Source: a bacterium (GTDB lineage Bacteria > Hinthialibacterota > Hinthialibacteria > Hinthialibacterales > Hinthialibacteraceae). Taken from it: a DNA stretch of 64,000 bases. Shown here one piece after another: positions 48,815 through 59,304 of this stretch (the stretch's first letter is position 1; every line of letters starts with the position of its first letter). The notes under the pieces were generated by a model. The model saw only the letters and a program-made list of their open reading frames with translations, did no database searches and was not told the origin of the DNA. The position numbers and the translations under genes were made by a program. The stretch spans positions 96,001 through 160,000 of the forward strand of contig CAXXMV010000003.1 of NCBI GenBank assembly GCA_963662285.2, read 5' to 3'.

Positions 48815-49561
48815 ATGATGCGAAAGAAGAAATCCAAGATTATCAAGAAATCATTTACTGAGAGTGACCTTTATGAACCGATACATGGGTATTTGGTTAA
48901 ACATGGATATACGGTGCGCAGTGAAGTGCTGGATTGCGATATAACCGCCGTCAAAGGAGATGATCTGATTGTGATTGAGTTGAAAAAGAGTTTTAATGCT
49001 TCTCTTTTGATTCAAGCGACCCAGCGGCAGAAAATTACTGATTCGGTCTATGTCGCTATTCCTTATCCTAAAGAGGGGATTCGCAATAAAAAGTGGCGGC
49101 GCATCCAGCATCTGCTCAAACGTCTTGAATTGGGTTTGCTGCTGGTTACATTGCAATCAATCAAACCTGCCGTCGAGATAGTTTTTCATCCACTGCCTTT
49201 AACGCGACAAAAAAGTACCAGTAAAAAACGGGCGGTTCTCAAGGAGATTGATGGTCGTTCGGGGGATTATAACCAAGGGGGTAGTTCTGGTTGCAAGATA
49301 GTCACGGCATACCGGGAAAACGCCATTTTTATCGCCTGCTGTCTGGAGAAATATGGTCCGCTGGCGCCCAGGGATTTAAGGAAACTGGGCACGGGCGATA
49401 AGACTCAGGCTATTTTGTATAATAATCACTATGACTGGTTTGACCGGGTGGAAGTCGGCGTGTATGCGCTCAAACCATCGGCGATGGTTCAAGTTAAGGA
49501 ATTTAAGGAATTGTGTGATCTGTATAGCAAGCAGATTGAGAAAATAGAAATAGAAGAATAA
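48815..49561 (+). CDS. DUF2161 family putative PD-(D/E)XK protein
   Basis: ESDLYEP, EVLDCDI..VIELK, N.GGS, VTAYRE and NNHYDWFDRV..GVY. Confidence 0.8.
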   Translation: MMRKKKSKIIKKSFTESDLYEPIHGYLVKHGYTVRSEVLDCDITAVKGDDLIVIELKKSFNASLLIQATQRQKITDSVYVAIPYPKEGIRNKKWRRIQHLLKRLELGLLLVTLQSIKPAVEIVFHPLPLTRQKSTSKKRAVLKEIDGRSGDYNQGGSSGCKIVTAYRENAIFIACCLEKYGPLAPRDLRKLGTGDKTQAILYNNHYDWFDRVEVGVYALKPSAMVQVKEFKELCDLYSKQIEKIEIEE

Positions 49562-49640
49562 CAGTGTAAAAGCCTATCTAGGTCAAATGTTTTATGTTAA
49601 TTTCGGGATGCATTAATAATATAATAATGAGGAAAAAATT

Positions 49641-50729
49641 ATGAACGATGTCATTAGTTCTAAAGCCACCCAACGCCTGACTTCGCTCGACGCGTTTCGC
49701 GGCATAATCATGATCTCTTTGATCTCGCATGGATTTGGATTTTCCGCTTTTGAGGGACATTCATTTCTGGGTTTTCTCGCTCGTCATACCGAGCATGTGG
49801 AGTGGAGCGGGTGCGTATATTGGGATCTGATCCAGCCAGCCTTTATGTTTATGGTTGGCGTGGCTATGCCATTCGCATTCGCCAAAAGGTTATCCCAGGG
49901 CGATTCTCATGCCAAGATTTTTATCCATTCTATACGCCGTTGTTTTAATCTGGTGCTGTTGGCGGCGCTGTTTTCTTCCATCCATAGCGGATCGCCCACC
50001 TGGAACCTGGTTAACGTGTTACCCCAGATCGCCTTTGGTTATCTGGTGACAATGTTGATCTTGAATATGGGATTAATGACGCAGGGCGTGATCGCACTGT
50101 TGATCGTGGTGATATATACCATTGTCTGGATTATGTATCCCGGCAACAGTCCTGACGGTCCCTGGGCGATGGGCAATGTCAACATGGGGTCTGATTTTGA
50201 TTTATGGCTGATGGGCAAACATTACAGCGGCTACTGGATCGCTTCGAACGCCATTCCTTCGACATCGACGATTATTGCGGGCGCCATGTGCGGTAAACTG
50301 ATTGCCAGCGACCGTTCCCACAAAGAGATTATGAAGATTTTCGCGATTGCGGCGGCGGTATTGATTGCCTCCGGCTGGTGTCTCAGTTTTTATATTCCGA
50401 TCATTAAACGAATCTTGTCAGCCTCATTCGCCTTGTACTCGACTGGTTGGGCTATCCTTTTCTTATTGTTCTTCTATTGGTTTATTGATGTGCTGGGTTA
50501 TAAGCGCTGGTGCTTCTTCATGGTGGTGGTTGGTATGAACTCCATAACCGCTTATGTGATCTTTCAACTTTTCCGTGGATGGATCAACAGTTCCATCCTG
50601 GTTTTCACTAGTTTTATTATCACCCCTATGGGATCTTACGGAACTGTACTGCAGGCGTTTCTAGTGCTTGGCGCGCAATGGTATATTCTTTACTTCTTCT
50701 ATAAGAATAAGATATTCTTTAAGGTTTAG
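49641..50729 (+). CDS. Heparan-alpha-glucosaminide N-acetyltransferase-like membrane acyltransferase (DUF5009)
   Basis: RLTSLDAFRG, HVEWSG..WDLIQPAFMFMVG, PIIK and VGMNSI. Confidence 0.85.
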   Translation: MNDVISSKATQRLTSLDAFRGIIMISLISHGFGFSAFEGHSFLGFLARHTEHVEWSGCVYWDLIQPAFMFMVGVAMPFAFAKRLSQGDSHAKIFIHSIRRCFNLVLLAALFSSIHSGSPTWNLVNVLPQIAFGYLVTMLILNMGLMTQGVIALLIVVIYTIVWIMYPGNSPDGPWAMGNVNMGSDFDLWLMGKHYSGYWIASNAIPSTSTIIAGAMCGKLIASDRSHKEIMKIFAIAAAVLIASGWCLSFYIPIIKRILSASFALYSTGWAILFLLFFYWFIDVLGYKRWCFFMVVVGMNSITAYVIFQLFRGWINSSILVFTSFIITPMGSYGTVLQAFLVLGAQWYILYFFYKNKIFFKV

Positions 50730-50757
50730 GATATGAGATATGCGTAGGTGGTAATGT

Positions 50758-50796
50758 GGTGGGCTACGCCGCTTTGCGGCTTTTAGCCCACCCTAC
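50758..50796 (-). repeat. GTAG-type REP, family B
   Basis: GGTGGGCTACGCCGCTTTGCGGCTTTTAGCCCACCCTAC. Confidence 0.8.
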
Positions 50797-51580
50797 GCGC
50801 TACGCGATAATTGAAAGGAATGATTATGTTTAGATTGATGATTCTTCTATCACTTTTCGCCATATCGTCTTTTAATTGTTTTGCGTCAGATATTTATGAA
50901 ATTGATGTTATTTTCTATGATAAACAATACCCGAATACTAGTGCGAATGCTGATTTTGTTAATGAGAAAGCAGCATTGGCGGAACAAGCGACCAATAAAG
51001 AATTTAAAGAATTATTTATGAACAATTCAATGAATGCAATTATAGTTGATAAATTTGGATACGACTATAATGTTCCATTTAAAGGATATATTGAAATTAC
51101 TGACGGTGAAATATCACGATATCGCTTCGAAGGTATAACCCCGTCAGTAGATATGTCAGGTGAAAAAGTTTTTAATTCACCTAGAATTTCATATGACCTT
51201 TATATGAAAGAATTGCACGATGGAAAAGATTTATATAGAGAAATAAAAACAAATAATGCGCCTGATCAAACTAATAAGGCTGTTTTTCGCAATCAAGATG
51301 TAACTAAAAATAAATTTTGGGGATATTGGGGTAATTATGTGACTAGATGTAATCAATTAAAAAAATACAATGCTATGCTTAGTGATGAATCAATACCTAT
51401 GGTTGAAGATTCATCTTTTTTTAAGTACCAAATTAATAGTGACATCAGTTTAAGCGTGCTGAAAGATGAATCGACTGCCTTTTTGAGTTCAAACAATGAC
51501 GAAGGAGAGAAGATAATTACACAGTGGTCACATCTAAAAAATAAGATTGATTTTCTTGTACCTGAAATCATTATATTTTT

Positions 51581-52971
51581 GCCTCTTCAAAAAAATCTGT
51601 GGGTGAAATTTGGTTCTGGTAAATCGCCAAGTGTATGATATAAGGCGATTTCCAGCGCTTTGTAGGTTCGAAAACCGTACGCCATTTTGGTAGTCACTTT
51701 GGCCTTGTTGTTTAAGCCTTCCACCACTCCAGAAGAAAACTCCTTTTTCGCCCGAAACCAGTTCAAAATCAGTTCGCGATGGTTGCGCAGCATCTTGGCC
51801 ACTTTCTTCATTGGTTCGATTCGCGAGCGCATGGTTTTAGTACACCACTGATCCATGAAGCGTCCAGCCCACCATGCTGATTTATATTCCCAGAAAAATT
51901 GAAATTCCTCTTTGAGAAGATAACTTCTCACCGTGCGCAGATTATATCGAACCACGTTGGCTAATTTATCGACCTGCTTGACTGTCAAATTATCCGGGCG
52001 TTTCAGAAACCACCAGCGACTTCCTTTTAATACCGGTTCTAATCCCTTGGCCTTCAATTCACGGGATTCTCCAGCGCGGACTTGATCTATGGCTTTGTTC
52101 ATATGAGCCATGATGTGAAACCGATCCAATACATTCAGCGCGCTTTTGGCTTTTTTGCGAATGACTTTGAGATAAGCTTTCCACATATCACTGCACACAA
52201 ATTCCAATTTTTTTGAACGCTCTTCCCCGAACCATCTGAAGAATTTCAACAGTGTTTTGATCTTTCTTTTTTCCCCGATCCACAGCAGCCGTTTGCAATT
52301 CTCATTGATTTGATATACCACTGTCACATACTGATGGCCGCCGCCCCATTGCATTTCATCGATTCCAATGGCGGTGATTCCTTCCAGGTTCACATGCTGG
52401 CGGCCCCATTCTACCGCCCGTTCAACCGAATGAAAAACATTGTACCAACTTGTTTGAAATGCTTCCGCCACTTGGCTCCAACTCATCCGCTTGGCCCAGC
52501 TCGCCAAGAACCATTGATAGATATGCGTTAATTCATGTTTACCATCGGCCCAAGGTACCTTTTCAACTTTCACTCCACAGCGGTGACAATTCACGCGGCG
52601 CATGGCATAGATCAGGAATACGGTTAATCCCCATATCGGGATAAACTCAAATCGGCGCGCATCTAATCTGTCATAACCTGATCCTTTTTCTCCGCAGCAT
52701 GAACATATCGGGCGGCTTTTGACATGAGCACGGACTTTTACCTCTATGGATGTTTTACCATTCCATTCACCAAATTTGCTAGAAGCATATACATACCCCT
52801 TGATTTTATGAACACGATTGAGGATTCTAATGACATCCATCCGGTTTCCTCCTGGTTGATGATTTTTCGCTGATTTCATTCTTTCAGGATAAGAGACCGG
52901 ATGTCTTTTTTATACCTCTACTATTCGAAGTATTTTTGCTATCATTCACCCACAGATTTCTTTATAGAACC
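51581..52971 (-). mobile_element. ISL3-family insertion sequence, 1391 bp, with 8-bp target duplication ATATTTTT
   Basis: 27-bp imperfect IRs GGTTCTATAAAGAAATCTGTGGGTGAA / GCCTCTTCAAAAAAATCTGTGGGTGAA; TSD at 51573-51580 and 52972-52979. Confidence 0.95.
51587..52840 (-). CDS. ISL3 transposase (intact ORF)
   Basis: CxxC zinc motifs, IGIDE, CSDMWKAY, DRFH, VEGLNNKAK and AYGFR; GGAGGA RBS. Confidence 0.95.
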   Translation of the reverse strand: MDVIRILNRVHKIKGYVYASSKFGEWNGKTSIEVKVRAHVKSRPICSCCGEKGSGYDRLDARRFEFIPIWGLTVFLIYAMRRVNCHRCGVKVEKVPWADGKHELTHIYQWFLASWAKRMSWSQVAEAFQTSWYNVFHSVERAVEWGRQHVNLEGITAIGIDEMQWGGGHQYVTVVYQINENCKRLLWIGEKRKIKTLLKFFRWFGEERSKKLEFVCSDMWKAYLKVIRKKAKSALNVLDRFHIMAHMNKAIDQVRAGESRELKAKGLEPVLKGSRWWFLKRPDNLTVKQVDKLANVVRYNLRTVRSYLLKEEFQFFWEYKSAWWAGRFMDQWCTKTMRSRIEPMKKVAKMLRNHRELILNWFRAKKEFSSGVVEGLNNKAKVTTKMAYGFRTYKALEIALYHTLGDLPEPNFTHRFF

Positions 52972-53174
52972 ATATTTTTAGATAACTCAGAACAAAAATT
53001 CGATGTTATTCGATGCGAGAAAATTGAAGGTGATAACGATGTATTATTTGAAATTCCTGACGATGCAGTGGAAGCAGGTTTTGTAGAAGCAAAACAAAAT
53101 TAGAATTTTTAATAAAGAGCACATACGCATTGCATGGAAGCATCATCACGATAAGTGTTGGTTATAATATTGGT

Positions 53175-54197
53175 TTACGATAAAACGGCTTTGATATTTC
53201 TGACGAATTCCATGACGTCGTCTGGAGTTGTATCGAATGAGGTCATCCAGCGGACTTCGGAGGCGGCTTCGTTCCAGACGTAGAAAAAATGTTTTTCCTG
53301 CAATTTGGGGATAGCATCTTTCGGGATGACCGCGAAGACGCCATTTGATTCGACCTCTTGAGTCAGTTGTACTTGGGGGATGCCGCTTACTTGCTCTGCC
53401 AGTAGTTGCGCCATATCATTGGCTTGTTTGGCGTTTCTGAACCAAAGATTGTTGGTTAGGTAGGCGTGGTATTGAGCCGCGATATAGCGCATTTTTGAAG
53501 TTAACTGCATGCCCTGTTTACGCACGTATTTGAAATTGGTTGACAGGCCTTTTTTTAGAAATACGATGCACTCGCCAAACATCATGCCGTTTTTGGTCCC
53601 GCCAAACGAGAGGATATCCACGTCGACATCGGTCGTCATTTCACGAAGACTTGTTCCCAGATGCACCGCCGCATTACATAACCTGGCGCCATCGACGTGA
53701 AGCAGCATATTATGCTGATGGGCGAGAACTGCAATATCTTTAATCTCATCCAGTGTGTATACGGTTCCAACTTCGGTCGCTTGAGTTATAGAGACTACTT
53801 TGGGTTGTGCATGATGCTCGAAACCAAAACCGTGCAGATGATATTTGAAGCCTTCCAGTGATAGTTTTCCATTGGGGGATGGTGCGGTCAGTAATTTACA
53901 TCCCGTAAAATGCTCAGGGGCGCCGCATTCATCGTTGTGGATATGGGAAGACTCGGCGCAAATTATGGAATTATAACTATCAGTAACCTGCTTCAGGCTG
54001 AGAACATTGGCTGCGGTTCCACCAAAAACAAAAAAAGGGTCGGCGTCATCGCCAAAGCAGGCTTTGATTTTCTGTATAGCTGCTTTGGTGTAGGGATCGT
54101 CTCCATAGGCAATGGCGTGTCCGGTGTTGGCTGCGGCTATGGCGTCCATCACCTCTGGATGAACGCCGGAATTATTATCGCTGGCAAAGCTTCTCAT
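53175..54197 (-). CDS. ltaE: Low-specificity L-threonine aldolase
   Basis: FASDN, GTAAN, HNDECGAPE, TEVGT, HVDGAR and SFGGTKNG (PLP lysine). Confidence 0.9.
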   Translation of the reverse strand: MRSFASDNNSGVHPEVMDAIAAANTGHAIAYGDDPYTKAAIQKIKACFGDDADPFFVFGGTAANVLSLKQVTDSYNSIICAESSHIHNDECGAPEHFTGCKLLTAPSPNGKLSLEGFKYHLHGFGFEHHAQPKVVSITQATEVGTVYTLDEIKDIAVLAHQHNMLLHVDGARLCNAAVHLGTSLREMTTDVDVDILSFGGTKNGMMFGECIVFLKKGLSTNFKYVRKQGMQLTSKMRYIAAQYHAYLTNNLWFRNAKQANDMAQLLAEQVSGIPQVQLTQEVESNGVFAVIPKDAIPKLQEKHFFYVWNEAASEVRWMTSFDTTPDDVMEFVRNIKAVLS

Positions 54198-54257
54198 GGT
54201 TGTTTGATATTCCTGTTATTATTTATGTATTCATTACACCTTATATGGGGTGGTTTG

Positions 54258-54353
54258 ATCAAGGGGTGGATGCAATGCGGTCTTGCCCTTGAAGCACATT
54301 GAGTTTCCCCGGTTTGTACTGTATTGCGGGCGCCCACGAGGGGCGCACCCTAC
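54258..54353. repeat. Family C (degenerate) plus family A (reverse)
   Basis: C at 54258-54291 and A at 54328-54353. Confidence 0.8.
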
Positions 54354-54428
54354 TTTTCTGGATATTTGTTATATTTACAGTATGTTATGCGTTATTATAT
54401 AAATGTTACTCCATGGGAGGGGTATATT

Positions 54429-57400
54429 ATGAGTGGTCTATCGGGCGGCGTATGGCGTCTTATTTTTGTTTATTGTTTAATGGCTTATCCGGTTTTGGCT
54501 GATGGGATTGATCTTTTGCAACGGTATCCCACAACATTAACTGAAGTAACTACGCAGGATTTTGCCTGGAATTTTAGCAAAAATGATATCTTTGAACTAT
54601 CTGAATTTAATCTTACCGTAAAAGATTCGTTAGAAATCAAACTTGATGCAGCAGATGTCGGCATCGGCGTTTCAGAAAATGGCGCTGTCTGGGCCGCGGT
54701 TATCCCCCGTGCAACTGGAACCATACTCAGTGAAGCGGCGCCCATGTCTGAAATCGTAGCTCATGTCTGGCTTCGATTTAATCCCTCTGAAATTGTTAAA
54801 CTTTTCCCGCCTGATACTGTCAAAGCGTCCGGTGATGCTAAGACCTATAACCGGATGCGTCAAATATGCGATTTGCGGTTTCGATCCAGTTATCACCGGG
54901 GCAATAACGCCTTGATTCCTGCGGTTGGCGTTTATGGCGTGGATGTTGATGTAACTGAAGGCCAGAGACGATTCTTTAGCATTGATCTGAACAAGAAAGA
55001 GGTAAAACACTTCCCCGATTTAAACAAAGCTATATCAGTCAAACGCATTTCCCAGAATGATGCGGAACTTAGTTTCGATATGATATGGAATGCTTTTGAC
55101 CGGGATTACGCTATGTTCGTGATCCGGCCTGAGGTTGATTGGGACGCCTTGAAAGTGCAATACCGTCCCTTGGCCATTGAGTGCAAAACCGCTTATGATT
55201 TTGCCTGCGTTTGCGCGGAGATGTTGGCTCACCTGCGCGATTTGCACGTCTGGGTGCGTATAGGGAGCGACAGCATCCCGGTGTTCAACAGGCCCCGTAT
55301 ATTGAACGCTAATCCACAGGCGATTCCTTCTATTGTTGGTGAACTTGAAAGAGCCAAATCCGTGCAATGGGCGGTGACTAAAGATAAAATTGGATATATC
55401 GCTATCAATTCATGGAGCGACCAGAAGGCGCCCAAGAGTTTTGAGAAGGCCATCGCAACTATGGCTGATACGAGGGGGCTGATTGTTGATGTCCGTATGA
55501 ATGGCGGAGGTAGTGAGACTTTAGCAATGCCGGTCGCCGGGCGGTTTCTGGTTGAGGAAGCGACTTACGCTTATAGTCAATACCGCAGTGATAAATCTGA
55601 TCGCACTGCACTTTGCGACATGATAGCGAGACGCGTTAAACCAGCTGGAGACTGGTGTTATGACCGTCCGGTAGTGTTGTTGATCGGACAGAAATGCCTG
55701 AGTAGTAATGAGGCTTTCGCCGCCATGATGGACCAGGCGCCGCAGGTTACCTTGATGGGCGACCATACTGGAGGTTCCAGCGGCAACCCCAAAATGATAG
55801 AAACGCCGATTGACGTGCGGGTCAGCGTTCCGCGCTGGCTCAGTATATTGACCGATGGGAAGCCGCTTGATGAACGCGGCGTGCAGCCGGATGTGTTTTT
55901 TGACGCTCAGCCTGACTCATTCACCAATGGCGATGCATTGCTCGAAGCAGCTTTAGAGCGGTTGCGTGGGTTTGATCTTCCTGAAGAACCGATTGATATT
56001 CCCGTTGTTGAAGAGGCGCCGCCGGATGAGATTGCGCAACAGCAATCTTCAAGCGGCATGGCGCAAGGTTCGACTGGCCAACAGCCGCCTTCATATATGT
56101 ATCTTGATCCTTTATTCGGCAATGAAGAGGTAGAACCGGACTATGAAATTATGATCTCTTTTGATCAGCTGATGAAGCCGGATTGCGTCCAACTGCAATT
56201 TTCTAAAGGCGGAGTGCGTGCGGTGAAAGATATTTCGTATGATGAAGAGACTTATGGCTTTACTATGCCCGTGCAGTTTGAACCAGAATGCGAATTCGAG
56301 ATAACCATTCCCGCAAATGGCTTCCAAACTATAAAAGGGGCTGGTTCGTCCCGGATGGCTTGGACTTTTAAGACGACATCTTTTGAACCGGATAAGGAAG
56401 CGCCTGATCCGAAACTTATAGCAGTTGATCCGCCCGAAGGTTCTACCGTCTCGCGCATTACGCATCTGCGTTTGCAGTATGACTGCCCAATGGCGCCGCG
56501 CAGCGTTTACTTGCAATACACCGGAGGCAACAAAAAAGCGAAAGCGCAATTATGCCCGGATGTGCAGTATGAATCTGAAAGCAATACTCTTGTGTTACCA
56601 ATAATTTTCCCCTCTGATTGGGATGGAGAAATATTACTGAGCGGATTGCAAAGCAGAGCGGGGAAGCCAGCTGATGCAGTAAAACTTAAATTCAAGACTA
56701 GCGACCAAATGTTTTCTGAGTCGTATTTGAAAGAATTTGAGCAGACTGAGAAGGAGAAAGAACTGCTCTCTTTATTAGCCTCTATAAAGAAAGCCCGTAC
56801 GGCGATTAAATCACTGGATGAAACGGTTCAGCGCATTGCTTTGGGAGGTTTAAGGAAATTTGGATTCACTGAGTTGCGCGTCCAGTCGGCCAGTTATAAA
56901 GTGCAGGGCGCCAGCCAGTTTGTCGCTGATATCAGTGGTTACATGGCAGAGCCATTTTTTATCGGTTCCACTGGTAGGCGTTATTGGCAGTATTCCAATG
57001 AATCAGGCAAAAAATCGCTTCAGGGTTGTTTTCCCGATGAGGTCAATGAGGTTGCATTAAGCGTATTTGATCCCTTTGGTTTAACATCTAAAACTATTGA
57101 TACCGTCATGAAAGACAATAATCTGCAATACCTGGGGACTGAGCAATTGATAGACCGGGATGTGCATATTATTCGCGCTTGGCGGGTAGTGCAGCGCAAC
57201 GGTCAAGACTTGCTATGTTTGGATCGCTGGTTTGTTGATCAAGAATCTTTTCTGCCATTACGAATGCTACGAGCCTCAAGCGATGGGGCATGTTTTATAT
57301 ACGTTTTCCAGATTAACCATACCAATGAAGAATATACCACTACTGATTTCGCTCCAGCCAAGGTAACCCGGATGCCTATGACATTTGAAGAGGGATTGGG

Positions 57401-57512
57401 TGAAGGTTTCGACTCGCGGTTTATCCATGTGATGGATGGCAGCGATGGCGACTTCCAGGTTGACTGGGGTAAATCCGGGGTGGATAAATATGAAAGCGTT
57501 GGATTGAATTGA
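54429..57512 (+). CDS. Secreted S41 peptidase with two Ig-like (Big_5-like) domains and a LolA-like C-terminal domain
   Basis: LIVDVRMNGGG, CLSSNEAF, GDHTGGSSG and GVQPD; ISFDQLM and LQYDCPM Ig-like strands; GGAGG RBS before ATG 54429. Confidence 0.8.
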   Translation: MSGLSGGVWRLIFVYCLMAYPVLADGIDLLQRYPTTLTEVTTQDFAWNFSKNDIFELSEFNLTVKDSLEIKLDAADVGIGVSENGAVWAAVIPRATGTILSEAAPMSEIVAHVWLRFNPSEIVKLFPPDTVKASGDAKTYNRMRQICDLRFRSSYHRGNNALIPAVGVYGVDVDVTEGQRRFFSIDLNKKEVKHFPDLNKAISVKRISQNDAELSFDMIWNAFDRDYAMFVIRPEVDWDALKVQYRPLAIECKTAYDFACVCAEMLAHLRDLHVWVRIGSDSIPVFNRPRILNANPQAIPSIVGELERAKSVQWAVTKDKIGYIAINSWSDQKAPKSFEKAIATMADTRGLIVDVRMNGGGSETLAMPVAGRFLVEEATYAYSQYRSDKSDRTALCDMIARRVKPAGDWCYDRPVVLLIGQKCLSSNEAFAAMMDQAPQVTLMGDHTGGSSGNPKMIETPIDVRVSVPRWLSILTDGKPLDERGVQPDVFFDAQPDSFTNGDALLEAALERLRGFDLPEEPIDIPVVEEAPPDEIAQQQSSSGMAQGSTGQQPPSYMYLDPLFGNEEVEPDYEIMISFDQLMKPDCVQLQFSKGGVRAVKDISYDEETYGFTMPVQFEPECEFEITIPANGFQTIKGAGSSRMAWTFKTTSFEPDKEAPDPKLIAVDPPEGSTVSRITHLRLQYDCPMAPRSVYLQYTGGNKKAKAQLCPDVQYESESNTLVLPIIFPSDWDGEILLSGLQSRAGKPADAVKLKFKTSDQMFSESYLKEFEQTEKEKELLSLLASIKKARTAIKSLDETVQRIALGGLRKFGFTELRVQSASYKVQGASQFVADISGYMAEPFFIGSTGRRYWQYSNESGKKSLQGCFPDEVNEVALSVFDPFGLTSKTIDTVMKDNNLQYLGTEQLIDRDVHIIRAWRVVQRNGQDLLCLDRWFVDQESFLPLRMLRASSDGACFIYVFQINHTNEEYTTTDFAPAKVTRMPMTFEEGLGEGFDSRFIHVMDGSDGDFQVDWGKSGVDKYESVGLN

Positions 57513-57526
57513 GGATTTGGAATTCT

Positions 57527-57623
57527 CCCTCACCCTTTCCCTCTCCTGTCGGGAGAGGGGATGTGTTGAACGTGAGTAGTTGCATCAAGGGCTGAACGCA
57601 TTGCTCTCTTTTCTTGGTATCCG
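57527..57623 (+). repeat. Family D plus degenerate family C
   Basis: CCCTCACCCTTTCCCTCTCCTGTCGGGAGAGGGGA and ATCAAGGGCTGAACGCATTGC. Confidence 0.75.
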
Positions 57624-57724
57624 ATAGTATATATTATGATCTTGCGCAATAGCACTCTTCCTTATCCGTGCCCAGTGCCTTGTCGTGCGATTTATATGTT
57701 ACCATGCTTCAAAATATATTTCTT

Positions 57725-59197
57725 TTAAATCTTCTTTTCAAATTGTTTAAATTTACTTAAATCATACACCATATAGTCAATATAGTCTATTTCATCTTTA
57801 TAAATATTTTTCAAAATACATTGGCTTTCCATTTTTCCAATTTCCTCAAGCGAAAAGGATTCATTGTTTCTACTAAGTAGAAATTCTGATAACTTATCTT
57901 TGTCTTTTGAGTCTATAAAGAATATAACTTTATCTGCGCTTGCTCTGTGTTGTTCCTCAAATGCTTCGCTTGGCAGGTGGATTACTTTTACATATTTGAA
58001 TTCTCCACGCTTTGTTCTTATGACTACTTGATGATTGTGAAATTTTTGGAATTCATATTTATTTACATCTATAATACGAAAAAAATTACAACGAATAAAT
58101 TGGCCTCTAGATTTTAAGTCATAATATTCTGTGTATTTTATAAAATCAATCGTGGCTTTATAGTATTCTTTGTTTTTTTGGGGGGCTTTTTTTTCTAATT
58201 CTACTAACCTTTCCACTAAATTGCTGTAACCTTTGTTTTGCCATTTTGTTATCCAGTCAAGTGTCAAATAGGGTGAAGCACTTTTTAAATCTTCTTTGAG
58301 ATGTTTGAGATAGAGTGGAACAACAAGTTCTTCATTTAGTTCATGTCGAATTTGTTCATTAAGGAATGATTCTCCAAATGAGGCACCAACCCATTTTTGT
58401 GATTTTTCAAGTTTCGCTGCTTCAATAATTGCATCGCCTATAAATGTATTAGTAGCTTTATGCATAATTGCTTCACCAAAGCATATACTTCCACGAAGTG
58501 GAATCCCCAATTTTAATGCCTCACACATTAAATCTGCGCACTTTGCTGTAAAGGGAGATGCGTGATTATCCGTTGCTGTTGTCCATAATAAAATTGTGTC
58601 ACTAAAATAAGCATACTTTACTGGAACATAAGTCGTTCCTAATAAATATTGATTGAATCCAACTTTTACCTTTTCAAAAGATTTATACCCTTTTTTTAAA
58701 ACCGATAAATTGATAAGGTTTTGATATAATTCTAGTACGGCTTGGCTTCCTATTTTTGTTACAAGATTTGAAAAACCTAAAACATCAAAAAATGCAACAA
58801 AATAAAGTTGAGGTGTCAAGACTTCTTCAAAATCACACTCTGTTGTGGGGGGAATAGTTTCGTTAATATTGACAAATTCAACTTTATCACCAACATGTTC
58901 CCGTTTACCTGCAAATACTACAATACACTCTATGTCAGTTTTATCTTTAATCCCATTTATTGGAAGTTTTCCCAAGGATTCAAAGTAATCAAATTCACTT
59001 TCTGAAATTCCAAGTAGATCTGCAAATGTAACTGGGAATAAGAAATCAACAATTGTTTTTCGTTGGGTTTTCGAGTCATACTCAGTTTTATCCCACTGTT
59101 CCTTACAGTGTTGGATATATTCTTCACGTGTCAGTCCTCTTTTTTCGTAAGCTTTAAGATCAAGATATTTTTTAATTAAGTTTTCTGAAAATTCCAT
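57725..59197 (-). CDS. AT-rich protein with a class III nucleotidyl-cyclase-like domain
   Basis: FVAFFDVLGFSNL, YFSDTIL, LRGSICFGE and IGDAIIEAAKLE; start uncertain (59197 or 59215). Confidence 0.7.
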   Translation of the reverse strand: MEFSENLIKKYLDLKAYEKRGLTREEYIQHCKEQWDKTEYDSKTQRKTIVDFLFPVTFADLLGISESEFDYFESLGKLPINGIKDKTDIECIVVFAGKREHVGDKVEFVNINETIPPTTECDFEEVLTPQLYFVAFFDVLGFSNLVTKIGSQAVLELYQNLINLSVLKKGYKSFEKVKVGFNQYLLGTTYVPVKYAYFSDTILLWTTATDNHASPFTAKCADLMCEALKLGIPLRGSICFGEAIMHKATNTFIGDAIIEAAKLEKSQKWVGASFGESFLNEQIRHELNEELVVPLYLKHLKEDLKSASPYLTLDWITKWQNKGYSNLVERLVELEKKAPQKNKEYYKATIDFIKYTEYYDLKSRGQFIRCNFFRIIDVNKYEFQKFHNHQVVIRTKRGEFKYVKVIHLPSEAFEEQHRASADKVIFFIDSKDKDKLSEFLLSRNNESFSLEEIGKMESQCILKNIYKDEIDYIDYMVYDLSKFKQFEKKI

Positions 59198-59304
59198 ATC
59201 CAATTCTTCTTTCATCCAACTGTGATTGTACTCTGTGCCAAGATACCTTGAGACACCTAGCCTGATTACCTCCAAGTGGGAAAGGGTACGCTTGAGATGT
59301 TTGC

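Larger units (their letters stand above)
50826..53103 (+). pseudogene. Secreted hypothetical protein gene interrupted by ISL3
   Basis: Removing the IS and one TSD copy rejoins PEIIIF-LDNSEQKFDVIRCEKIEGDNDVLFEIPDDAVEAGFVEAKQN*. Confidence 0.85.

Noticed and set aside
50811-51638. 275-aa ORF as a complete gene
   Set aside because: Its last ~19 codons come from the ISL3 end; the true 3' end is at 52980-53103
57640-59280. Cyclase-like gene as an integron cassette
   Set aside because: A GTTRRRY (GTTGGAT) lies upstream, but there is no matching RYYYAAC or attC fold downstream and no integrase
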